A DNA stretch of 64,000 bases. Origin: Macrostomum lignano. Taxonomy: Eukaryota. Below are positions 34,370-46,500 of this stretch, in pieces; within the stretch, counting starts at the first letter, position 1, and the number at the start of each line of letters is the position of its first letter. The notes under the pieces were generated by a model, which saw only the letters and a list, made by a program, of their open reading frames with translations, made no database searches and had not been told where the DNA came from. Position numbers and translations under genes: made by a program. The stretch is taken from NCBI GenBank assembly GCA_002269645.1, contig NIVC01001628.1:62001-126000 (forward strand). Direction: 5' to 3'.

Positions 34370-36030
34370 TTTATGTTTGACATGGTAGCTGTTTTGTGTC
34401 TGACATGGTGGCTCTTTAATGTTTGAGCTGGTGGCTCTTTTATGTTTGACATGGTGGCACTTTAATGTCTGAAATGGAGTCATGTATACGCTTGACATGG
34501 TGACTCGTAGATGTTTGACAAAGTGGCTCTTTTATGTTCGACATGTGGCTCTTTAATGTTTGACATGGTGGCTCTTTAATGTTTGACATGGTGGCTCTTT
34601 AATGTTTGACATGGTGGGTCTTTAATTTATGACATGGTGGCTCTTTTATGTTTGACATGATGGCTCTTTAATGTTCGACATGGTGGCTCTTTAATGTTTG
34701 TTATGTAGTCATATGTATATGTTTTACATGGTGGCTCTTTTATGTGTGACATGGAGTCACGTATATATTTGACATGGAGTCACATATGTTTGACATGGTG
34801 GCTCTTTAGTGTTCGATATGGTGGCTCTTTAATGTTTGACATGGTGGCTCTTTTATGTTTGACATAGTGGCTCTTTAATGTCTGACATGGTGGCTCTTTA
34901 ATGTTTGACATGGTGGCTCTTTTATGTTTGACATGATGGCTCTTTAATGTTCGACATGGTGGGCTGTTTAATGTTTGTTATGTAGTCATATGTATATGTT
35001 TTACATGGTGGCCCTTTTATGTGTGACATGGAGGCACGTATATATTCGACATGGAGTCACATATGTTTGACATGGTGGCTCTTTAGTGTTCGATATGGTG
35101 GCTCTTTAATGTTTGACATGGTGGCTCTTTAATGTCTGACATGGTGGCTCTTTAATGTTTGACATGGTGGCTCTTTTATGTTCGACATGTTGGCTCTTTA
35201 GTGTTTGACATGGCTCTTTAATGTTTGACATGGTGGCTCTTTTATGCTTGACATGGTGGCTCTTTAATGTTCGACATGGTGGCTCTTTAATGTTTGACAT
35301 GGTGGCTCTTTTATGCTTGACATGGTGGCTCTTTTATGTTCGACATGGTGGCTCTTTTTTGTTCTACATGGTGGCTCTTTTATGTTTGATACGGTGGCTT
35401 TTTAATATCTGACATTGTGGCTCTTTTATGTTTGACATGGTGGCTCTTTAATGTTTGACATGGTGGCTCTTTTATGTTCGACATGGTGGCTCTTTTAGGT
35501 TTGACATGGTAGCTCTTTTATGTTCGACATGGTGGCTCTTTTAGGTTTGACATGGTGGCTCTTTTAGGTTTGACATGGTAGCTCTTTTATGTTCGACATG
35601 GTGGCTCTTAAATGTTTCACATGATGGCTCTTAAATGTCTTACATGGTGGCTCTTTTATGTTTGACAATGTGGCTCTTTAATGTTTTACATGGCGGCTCT
35701 TTTATGTTCGAAATGGTGGCTCTTTAATGTTCGACATGGTGGCTCTTTAATGTTTGACATGCTAGCTCTTTAATGTTCGACATAGTGGCTCTTTTATGTT
35801 TGGCATGGTGGCTCTTTAATGTTCTTCATGGTGGCTCTTTTACGTTTGACATGGTGGCACTTTAATGTTCGACGTGGTGGCTCTTTAATGTTCGAAATGG
35901 TGACTCTTTAATGTTTCACATGGTGGCTCTTTAATGTTTGACATAGAGTCACGTATTTGTTTTACATGGTGCCCATGTAATGTTTGACATGGTGCCTCTT
36001 TTATGTTTGACATTGTGCTTTTTTATGTTT
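34370..36030. repeat. Minisatellite, 23-bp unit, ~70 diverged copies, inside the Helitron
   Basis: Tandem TTTGACATGGTGGCTCTTT(A/T)ATG; it abuts the previous array directly. Confidence 0.95.
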
Positions 36031-36077
36031 AGCAGTTTCGTGTTTTCAAGGTGTTTTATAAAAAAATTATTTTGCAC

Positions 36078-36139
36078 TACTAAGATTCGAACCCAGGTCG
36101 CTACGTTGGCAGTCCAGTCTGTTCGTATCTAGGCTATCT
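36078..36139 (-). other. tRNA-derived (SINE-head-like) fragment inside the Helitron
   Basis: The - strand reads GATAGCCTAG...GACTGCCAA...GACCTGGGTTCGAATC, with an A-box-like and a B-box motif. No intact cloverleaf could be drawn. Confidence 0.4.
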
Positions 36140-36625
36140 CTTTTCAATTGGAGTACATGAATTGTGGCCCTTATAATTAAATTCTTACAGCAAGTCAATT
36201 GGGGTAAAAAGTTATGACATAATCAATTTCTCAGTCAGCCAGTATCAGTCTCAGTTCAAGTTAGCAACATTGGTTACGCAATTTTAATCAAGTCGTGTGT
36301 GCATTTCTTCGGCACTGTTTTCAACTTGTTGTGATGCAATCTTTATCACAATCGGAATTCAGCCAGTCAGTTTTTTTCTCTAGCATTCTTACAATGAATT
36401 TTAGGTCGAAAGAGCTGCTTGACCTTTGCAAAAAAGCATGTTTTTCGAATATTTAATCCCTTTATCATTGAGCAATTTTTTAGCCAAGATGCATGTACCG
36501 TCCCAGGAAAATTTCTGATCGAATGGTGCAAGTTTGAAGAAAATCGGTTGAGCCATTTTTTCTGAAATCTATCGCATACCTACCCACATACAGACAACTC
36601 ATTTTTAGTATATAGGAAGGAAGGA

Positions 36626-37003
36626 TGTGCAGTTCCTGGTTGGGAATGTGAAGTTTCAGCTTTGGAATGTGCAGTTCCTGGTTGGGAATGTGAAGTTTCA
36701 GCATTGGAATGTGCAGTACTTGGTTGGGAATGTGAAGTTTCAGGTTTGGAATGTGCAGTTTCAGGTTTGGAATGTGCAGCTTCGGGTTTGGAATGTGCAG
36801 TTTCAGGTTTGGAATGTGCAGTTTCAGGTTTGGAATGTGCAGCTTCGGGTTTGGAATGTGCAGTTTCAGGTTTGGAATGTGCAGTTTCAGGTTTGGAATG
36901 TGCAGTTTCAGGTTTGGAATGTGCAGCTTCGGGTTTGGAATGTGGAGCCTCCGGTTTGGAATGTGAATTTTCGGTTTCGGAATGTACAGTTTCGAGTTTG
37001 GAA
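36626..37003. repeat. Right part of the 21/42-bp minisatellite interrupted by the Helitron
   Basis: Tandem TTTGGAATGTGCAG(T/C)TTC(A/G)GG. Confidence 0.94.
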
Positions 37004-37854
37004 TTAGCAAAATAGCAAAAACTAAAACTAAAACGGAAAATGTTTTTTAAGATACAAACGTGAGTGTAAATAATATTGAGATAGTATGATATAATTTAAT
37101 AAAGTTTTAATCTTTGAATTTATTTAAATATCTGTATTTGACGGCCATAGCCTCTATCAGATAGCATTACTGAGATAATATAAAGAGTAATAACAACACA
37201 GTAATAATAATACTACTCGGACTGCAGTCAGTACTGCGGTGCTAACACAGACCAATGACAACACAACGCTCATCTGCATAACGCAAGCAGCCAGCGCCGC
37301 GACAGCACACGATTGGGCGGGGCTCAAAGGTGCTCAGAAGATGACTAGATAAGGTTGAACAGCGGATCACGTGACCGAGGCTGAACTGCAGGTGCAGGGA
37401 AAGACGAAAGCGACAGGAGAAGTCAGACAAACAGAAGAGGACAGTTGAAGCACAGAGGGGCGGCTTGTCGGGTGGAGCCTGAGGGCTGCAGACTGACACA
37501 ATACTTTTATTCCCACTACTGAGCTGATTCAATTGAAATTGAATGAAGAAAATTTCTGTAAGACAAAATCTGCGTGCCCTACTTGAAGTAGTCAGCAGTG
37601 ATGAGTTAAATCAGACGCGAATTAGGGCGAAAAATAAAAACTAAATCTTTAACAAATGATCGCACGATGAAGTGCGGATTTTTCCTACTGGGAGATCAGC
37701 TGGACCAAGTGCGAAAAGCTTTGTTGCTGGGTATTATAGCAACTGGGAGGCAAAGGGGATAGCGGGAAAACCAAAGGGGGAGATGGAGATGTAGAGTTAT
37801 AGAAACTGAGAGGTAGATAGCGACTGGTAAACAGAGAAGGGATTTTGGCGGCGA

Positions 37855-38115
37855 CAGGGGTAGACAGAGGAGGGTAGACAGTGGATATAGGCAGAGAGGT
37901 AGACATGTAGGGGTAGACAGAGGAGGGTAGACAGAGGAGGGTAGACAGAGGAGGGTAGACAGGAGGGTAGACAGAGGAGGGTAGACTGGGGGTAGACAGA
38001 GGGTAGACAGAGGAGGTTAGACAGTGGGGTAGACAGGAGGGTAGACTGGGGGTAGACAGAGGAGGGTAGACAGTGAGAGGTAGACAGCAAGGGGTAGACA
38101 ATCGACGGTAGACAG
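37855..38115. repeat. Minisatellite, ~14-bp unit
   Basis: Tandem AGGAGGGTAGACAG with variants. Confidence 0.9.
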
Positions 38116-38217
38116 TGAGAGATACAGGGGAGAAAAGGGGAAGGAGAAGGTGAAGCGCAGAAACAGGAAGTCCCTAAGCTTGCAGGTGTGCATTTATACA
38201 TCAAAAATGTTAGAAGT

Positions 38218-40118
38218 TCAAAGCCGATCGGCGCTCTGCGCCTTGCCGAACTGCGCGACCCCGGCGGCATCGGCAGAGGCGGAGGCTGCGGGCGGCGGCA
38301 CGGCAAACAGCGGCCTGGGCCGGCTAAGCGAGAAGTAGGGCAGCTGGGGCGGCGGCTGCGCCTGAGGCTGAGGAGAGGCCGGCCGGAACTGATGAAGCTG
38401 CGGAGGCTGCAGGCCCGGGCTGCCGCAGTGGCGGGGGAGGCTCGGACACGAAGATCCGGACGGATGAAAGCTGCCACCGCCGGCACCGGCTTGGGGAAAC
38501 GGCGGAAGCAGCTGGCGTTGCTGCTGCTGGGGATGCTGCGGGTAGGCAACCGAAAGCCTCATCATCGGCTCCAGCTCCGGCGCCGCCCCGGCGGTGCTGC
38601 CAGCCAAAGTTGCCACCGGAGCCGCCGCTGCTGCTGTCACGGCGTCGTCTGCCGACCAGGCCGCGCGGTTGGCGCCGCCGCTGCCGACGCAAGCGCCGAT
38701 GGCCGGGGAGCGCGAGCGGACAGGGCCGGCCGAGGAGCGCTGGCCGGGCGCCGCTTGCTGCTGCTGGAGACGCAGCTGCTGAGCGATCGTGTTCTGAATG
38801 TCCTCTGGTGATGAGGTCGCGGGAAGCTCGAGAATTGAACTGACCACCGACTAAAACTGCCAAGCAATAAAGCAGCACCCAAAGCTCTCGCGCAACTCAC
38901 CAATCTGTTTGTCAACGCCGGAGCTGCTCGAAGTCTGCAGCGCAACAGACGGCGGCAGCAGAGACTGCGGTGGCGGGAGAGGCGGCGGCAGCAATGGCGG
39001 ACAGTCGGCATCGGGACGGGCTGACCTGCAGGTGGCGACGAGGTCAAGGGCCAGGTCCAGCTCGGCATCCGTGAGGAAGTTCACGCCGAGCTCGATTTCA
39101 GCGTCCGGCTCTTCAATGAGCGGCAGCTCGGGTGGCTCATCGGTCTGGCAGGCCTGCGTGACGCATTGGGGAGGTGATTGGGGATTGAAGGGCGATTCTT
39201 GATGAGATTGAAGGGCGATTCTTGATGAGATTGAAGGGCGATTCTTGATGAGATTGAAGGGCGATTCTTGATGAGATTGAAGGGCGATTCTTAAGGGGAT
39301 TGAAGGCCAATTCTTGAGGGATTGGAGGGCGATTCTTGAGGGGATTGAAGGCCAATTCTTAATGAGATTGAAGGCCAATTCTTGAGGGATTGGAGGGCGA
39401 TTCTTGAGGGGATTGAAGGCCAATTCTTAATGAGATTGAAGGGCGATTATTGAGGTGATTGAAGGCGATTCTTGAGGGAATAGAAGGGCGATTCTTGAGG
39501 GAATTGAAGGGCGATTCTTGAGGGAATTGAAGGGCGATTCTTGAGGGACTGAAGGGCGATTCTTGAAGGAAATTGAAGGCCGATTCTTGAGGGGATTGAA
39601 GGCGATTCTTGAGAGGATTGAAGGCCGATTCTTGAAGGGACGGCACTGCGATTCTGATGCTCCATCTTTAAAGCACGGGCTCCATCACAGCTCAGCCAGC
39701 CTCCCAGCCTCACCTTCTCCTCGGCGGTTGCTGAGGCCGCCATCGCCGAAGCCGCGGCAGCCGCTGCCTGCAGCAGCCGCCAGCAGACCTGCCAGGACTC
39801 CGCTGCTCCATGGGCAGTCAAGGACGCATCGCCGTTGCCATTAGCAACCGAATCGCCCGCTTCGACAAAGCCGTTTCCAGCCAGATTGCCTTGAGCATCA
39901 CTACTGTGACTCGGGTTGGAGCCCGGACACTGCGGCAGCTGGGCCAGCGCCTCGGACAGACGGGCGGCCAGTTGGGACCGGCCATCAGCGACGGCCCCAG
40001 TGGCAGCCAGCGGTGGCAGGGAGGCCAGCAGGGAGCAGCAGGCGGTCAGGTAGGTCCGGGTGCAGTCTGTCAAGCTGCGCAGGGCAGCGGCCTGCTCAGC
40101 AGCGAGAGCTGAGGCCAT
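38218..40118 (-). CDS. Unknown Ala/Pro/Gln-rich protein, ~414 aa; exons 40118-39714, 39153-38901, 38804-38218
   Basis: Three GC-rich ORF segments join through GT-AG introns with consistent phases (AAG|GTGAGG...CGCAG|GCC and ATTG|GTGAGT...CACCAG|AG). The junctions read EEKACQTDE and VDKQIEDIQNTIAQQL. The third acceptor and the true start are uncertain. Confidence 0.65.
39176..39640. repeat. Minisatellite, 22-23-bp unit (intron 1 of the 414-aa gene)
   Basis: Tandem GATTGAAGG(G)CGATTCTTGA(TGA/GGG). Confidence 0.94.
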
Positions 40119-40595
40119 CCCGATGCAGCAGGGAGGAGTCTGGGAGCAGGCAGCAAAATGACTGGAGGCTGGATGAGTAGGTTGCAGGCTGCAGCAATGC
40201 TAGCTGTGGGAGATAGAATATGCATATTGTTATTGCAGTGAAAACATCGTTCGATTACTTGAAGTCTTACAAGCTCAAGCTGATTATATTAATTAGTTGA
40301 TGCCTCTGATTGCCTTTGATAATTAAGGCTCAATTTGGCTTAAAATGTGTCTTGCATTGTGTAAACATTCTTACCAAAAGTAAATGTCTAAATGCTATGT
40401 AGATATTGAAAATAATACCAATAAAACTATATTTCATTAAATTACTTGAATGCTAAATAAAAATATAAATAAAATGTTTATTTTTCCGATCATTATAACA
40501 TTTTAGAGCATTTTATATGTATGGCACATATATACATACATGCGCAACCTTGGGAATTCACCTGGCCATTTCTATTGGCAACACACACATGTAAG

Positions 40596-43500
40596 TACGC
40601 TTTTAGCGTGATATCATTATTTGCACGCAAGCTATTTTTCTTTAAACAATAATTATACCAAGTCTACCTAAAACACGCCCCGCACCGGCCCTGCAGCGCT
40701 ACACATTAAAACAAATTGGACTTTAACTGAAGACATTTCAAAATGCGTTTTCTGTTAAGCTTTAAGTTTTTATTAAATTTAGTTTTTTACTTTTAAATAT
40801 AAAATAGAGTGAAAAAAGTCATATTAATAAAATAAAATAAATATAATTTAATAATGAAAACGAGAATATGAAAACTAATAAAATCAGGTTAAGTGGCTTG
40901 CTTGGCAAGTAAAATAAATAGAAAGCCGAAAATTAACATGTGGTTTTTTCAACGTGTTTTGCACACCAAGGTGCATCGTCAGATATATTGTTTGAAACGA
41001 AAAATTTGAGTAAGCGAATTTATAAATTATTTGTCAATGAACGTATATGTATGTAGCTGGTAAGTATTTTGTATGTACAAAGTAGTTGGAGGTTGATAGT
41101 CCATAGTCCTCTATCTATAGTCCTCTAATGGGCTATGGTCATGGACTATGGGCTCTAGGCGGGTTCCTGAGCCCATTCGGTCTAAAGGCCTATTTTGACA
41201 GTTCTCTGGTTACGTAAGCAAGTTTGCAGGACATGGTGTAGCATTTGCTGGTGTGCATTCCTGCTCATCTATATTATCCAATTTGATTCTGCTTGCTAGT
41301 CACCTGTTATCCCTCCTAGTTAGGCACTTCAGTGAGAAAATTAAATTTCAGAAATTGTTATAGGCTGCTATTTCACTAGATAGATCTTACTTTCCCATTT
41401 CCAAAATGGCCAAACTTTAGTGATTTGGTTGAGTAATAAGGAAACTACAGCTATTTTAGTAACCCCGATTTGTGCCTTTAGCCAATGGAATTTTTACATT
41501 ACGGTTTGTGATCATTTTTGGCCAAAAAGTTGGCTTTTTGTCTTTGAACACTTGTAATTAATTTTCTAGCCAACCAAAATGACTGTGCTTGGTGTCATTT
41601 TGTTCAGTTTTTTAGTGTTAATTGTATGAATTATATATTTTAATATTATTTTATATGCCCAAGTTGCTAAGCTAATTGAAACAGGATGGGTGTATGAAAT
41701 TTTGACTATTTTAACCAGATACGCAATGATTGCAATTTTAAAAATACAATAGCATCTGTTCTGCTTGCTTAATTTATACAAGGCTAGTGTCATTTTGTTC
41801 AGGTTTTTACCTACTATAATACTATTCTACTTCTTGCCCTAAATTTTTAATGCATGACAGACACCCCAACTGCAATGTAATGTGCTGTACAGGCTTTGCG
41901 CATGGGTTTATTAAAAAACGGTTTTGCCTATCGTGTTCAGCATAGCAGAATTAGTTAAATGACACAGAGAACTAGTTTGCCGGAAGGCAGAGTCTCACAA
42001 AAAACACGAAATACACGTTTCAATGGGTATTTTACATGTAAACGTATCAAAAAAAGAAACCTCCACAAAATTTTTGCGCCTATAGCTATTGGCAAGCGGT
42101 TTTTTTACTGTGCTTGTATTGTCAATAGGTAATGAAAAATATAAAGAGAAACAATGCAGGAAAAGGATTTCATGGAAAATTTTGGATTTGAAATTTTGCA
42201 TAGAGCCATATGGGCATTAAAAGAAAAAAAAATTTTTTTTAACACCAGAAAAATGTTTCTAAATTATCCCTTTACACTATAAAACCTTTGTTTCCATTAT
42301 AAGAAACACATTGCAGCTAAGAAAAAGCATTTTCTGAACCACTGTTTTTTTATTCATTTTGGCTTCAATTTTATATTCCTCCTAAAAAATGGTCAACTTT
42401 AAAAATAGACAGTGCAAAAAGTATAACAAAGCTAGACTTGCAGTTGGTGTCATTTGAAAGAGCTCCTTTTTACCTTTTAAATGCATATTTTACTTTCATC
42501 CTGGCTTCTATAGTTTCTTTAAAATCGCCCTTGAAAAATTGGACTTTTTTCTTACTTTTTTGCCATTGGCACGCACTTCTTATAACTCACTGAAGTCCCT
42601 ATCCTAGTATTAGGACTTTAGCCACTCGCTATACTTAGCTAGCTAGGGCTGGTACGTATGCAGTATGCATGTAAGAGTGGCCAAGTGGCAGCTTGAATGC
42701 TTATATAGAGCTAGAATAGCAATAAAGGCCGAATTAACTATAGATGCTAAAAAGTCGCCTGCACACTAGAACCAGGGAGCATTGGCTCAAACCGTCGGCC
42801 ATCCAATGATCCAAACCCACATTTTGGAATGTAACAGATGCTCTAATTGTACACCTGAAGAACGTTTTAAAATAATCGACCAATGCCCATCTGATCACAA
42901 GCTCAAGACAGTGGTGCAGCAACTCTAACACAGTGGTGCAGGCCATGTCCTCCATGTATTCTGAGCTGAGTGAGAGAGCATTGACCTTGTTGTAACCAGT
43001 GCTCATTCAATTATATTTTGTTTTCTACCTATTGGTCTTCGCCCCACCCTACGGACTATCAACCTCCAACTACTTTGTACATACAAAATACTTATCAGCT
43101 ACATACATACGTTCATTGACAAATAAATTATAAATTCGCTTACTCAAACCTTTCGTTTCAAACAATATATCTGACGATGCACCTTGGTGTGCAAAACGCG
43201 TCGAAAAAACCACATGTTAATTTTCGGCTTTCTATTTATTTTACTTGCCAAGCGAGCCACTTGACCTGATTTTATTAGTTTTCATATTCTCATATTTTCA
43301 TATTTTCATATTTTCATATATCATATTCGGGTCGTTCTCAAAGCTAGGTCACAACTTTTTGTTATTGCAAAAAAAGTTTATACATCGACCAATAATCGTA
43401 CCAAAAAAATTATTTCGACAATTTCTGTAAGAAGCTGCTACTAAAACCACAAGAAAACTTGAAATTGAGAAGAAATCAAGGCTATTTGTTATTCTTTGTT

Positions 43501-46500
43501 GCGGAAAATAAACGACAAAAATATTAAAGAGAAAATAAAATTTTCTTCTATTTTTATTTTAAATATGCAGTTAAATTTATTTTGCAAAAATAAAAGAACA
43601 AGAAATTGACAAAGGAAATGTTTTTGAGCACAGCATTTTGTTACTCTGCTCTAAATCCCAGACATTTAAAATTATCGTGTGCGAAAAAGTGCGAAATTAT
43701 TATAGCATGCACTCGAAAGGACTTCGATCAGTTTAACTAATCACTGAATTAAGAAGTCTAAATAAGTCTTGAAAGGTTGAATTAAAAATCAAGTTTTCAC
43801 TATGTATCTTTTCAAAGTCAAGATGATTCGACAAATAAAGAATGTTCATTTTTACGGTGAACAGAATTGTTCATTTTTACATTAAATATTATAAAATCTA
43901 ACTAATAATAGAAAAAGTCAGGGAACTATCCTTGAACACCAAAGAGCACATTGTGGATTTAATATCAACTGCATGTTCCTTAATAAAGGAATTCGGATAC
44001 TAGTATATATTTTATTTTTTGTAGCATAATTTCTGAAAACTATAACTTGCTTGATTTTACTTTAAGTACTTATTACATTAATACTTATACCAAAGCTACA
44101 TGTACTTAAAATAAAAAATTATAGTTACTTATTAGACATTTTACTCCAATTAACTTAAAATAATTCAAATTTATTTTAATTAATTCATTTTTTGAAACTT
44201 TTTGGAAAATAGACAAGATTGAATTATTTAATTACCAAAAACCTACTAGCTTAACTAAAATAGCAATTAGTCTTTAAGAAAAGATTTCACTTGTTAATTG
44301 AGAAAAATGAGGATGTGCGAGGTGTAAAAATGCGAAAGAGCATGCAGGAAACAGAGACAAACAAAAATGTAGGTAAAAGACACTGCACATGCACATAATA
44401 TGATAACCAGACATAATGCGCACACTGAAACACCAGTAGCAATGACGCCCAAGCTTTTGATGATCACAAGCGAAAAGGCAAAACCCAGCCATCAATCAAA
44501 GAAGTAGACTTTAGCACGCATCTTGAGTGCATCACGCATTTTTTGCAGAGAAGCTCGAAAATTAACATTGTATTCTGTGCACAACCACCAACTGCGACAG
44601 GGTCTGCCGGGGGATTTGTGGGCACGCAGTCGCGGATACAAATCGGAGGAGTCGCTGACCATTCTGAAATGACTAGCTAGTACATGTAATTTTGTGTATT
44701 AATATATTCAGTCCGCTTTATTTCTATGCTCTCGTCCGCCTCTCGTTAATGCATCCCCAGACTCTTGCAATAATAAAACCTATGATCGACCTATGCATGG
44801 CTTCCGTCCCTCGCTTTGAATCTCTCACCTCCCCATAGTTCCATCAACCTTACCTTAGTGGCTTCCTATGCAAAAATCATCCCTCCGCATCTTACACAGG
44901 CTACTTCAGGCTGTAGACTGTACTACACTTTTACTTCAGTAATTAGTTGCGCTATAAGGAATCTACATGTATTTTGCTCGCAGCGCAGCGCGCTGCTCAA
45001 AGAAGTTTAGTTCTATCTAGATATTCTAGTAATTTCAGGTTTGTCCATAGACTAGAGCTCATGAGATGAGAATTCCATTAACTAGTACATTTAATATGAA
45101 TGAACTGCGTGTGTGTGTGCTGTGCATTCATATGTATAATATACGAGTAGTTTATGGGCCAAATTATTGTGTGGCACAATTCTTGGCATCACTCAGCAGG
45201 CACAAGATGCAGTTAAGCAGCGCACGAAAATTCTACAAAAGAAATTGAGCCTGGTTGAGGTGATGCGAGGAGGCAGATCCACACAATCTCAGTGAATACA
45301 CCAGACTGCACCAGATACGAGTCCAGTCGAATGTGCGCACTGGTCTAAGCAGCACACGCATGTCCTTCTGACAATGACGGCACCTAGCTTCGTCCAAGCC
45401 TTTGCCAGCGTCACTGACAGCGTCAATACTACCATGCAGTGCCACCTGCAGCACCGACAACGGCAATTCCTCCAGTTAGCCCACTACAGTGGCTAAACTG
45501 AGGGACAGGGAACCTACCCACAGAAGACACACACATACACACACAGCACCGGCAGCAGCACTCTGACAGCATAACCTAAAGCTCCATGAGCTCAGTTTTC
45601 AAGCATTGAAGAAGCAGAAGCAGTCATCTTGGATCCAGGGATCAGGAAGAGTGTTGCATGTCCGACATGTGCTGTTTCCGTGGCAAAAGGTGATGGAGCA
45701 AATTAATCAACACTTACTATCTAGCTCGTATTAAGACTAAAAAACTGAGGCAAGCTGGGATTAAACCAAAGAAAATTTTTTACTATACTTTTTTACCATA
45801 CTTTTACTATACTTCTATAGTATAGTAGAGAGGAACTCTATTTAAATGCAGTAAGAAGTGAAACAAATTTATATATTTAATTATTAAATTAAATTAATTC
45901 AAGGTAAATAACTAATTTAACCAATTTATTAGGAGTATTTATTATTATAATAAATTGATTTTTATACCTTACACGAAATAAGCTCTACATTCATTTCTTA
46001 GCTTGGGGCCCATCTGTATAAGGTCAGTTTCTTCAAAATGCTGATTAATTAATTAAGGCCTGTTGTCTTTACTTAAATTTATAAGGGCATCTTAGAAGTT
46101 AATATTACTATATAATACATGTATAATAGTATTACTATATTATAGTAATATAGTTGCAATTTTAATGACTATTGAATAAGTTTAAATGCTTCCCCTATTG
46201 ACTCTAAATATATGGTATCTTTCCCTTCAGAAAATATTAGCATAGAATGACTTGATGAAAACAAAAAAAATCATTTCGAGATACACATTTGCTGATCATT
46301 CAGGTCAAATTTCAAGGTCCAGTTTTGCACATGTTTCTCTGTAGCTTGGTTACAAGGATTTTAATAAAAATATAATAAATATGTCCAATGAACTAACTGA
46401 TACATAGCCAAATTGTAGTATTTTCAAAAACAAAAAAAATCATTTGCTCAGTTTACTTTACTGGATATCTTTGTAAAATTTCAGCTCAAAAGGTGCTCCA

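Larger units (their letters stand above)
32866..36625 (-). mobile_element. Non-autonomous Helitron, 3760 bp, carrying two minisatellite arrays
   Basis: On the - strand it starts TC (TCCTTCCTTCCTATATAC...TGTCTGTATGT) after an A. It ends with a perfect GC hairpin (32878-32894, GCCCCCC-3nt-GGGGGGC), 8 nt, then CTAG before a T. There is no TSD, and removing it restores the host repeat unit TTTGGAA|TGTGCAG. Confidence 0.78.

Noticed and set aside
36078-36139. Functional tRNA-Gly gene
   Set aside because: It has a B box and a GCC-like loop, but no proper acceptor or D stems. It is treated as a derived fragment.
42734-43006. Possible hAT transposase relic (LLHHCLELVIRWAL resembles CxxHxLEL)
   Set aside because: It is a single short motif in a 90-aa ORF with no other catalytic motifs; a tBLASTn or HMM search is needed.
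44274-45710. Cys-rich short ORFs inside the nested element (piggyBac CRD-like or CPTC-containing)
   Set aside because: They are fragmentary, interrupted by stops, and the Cys spacing is not convincing. The region may be decayed coding DNA but cannot be assigned.
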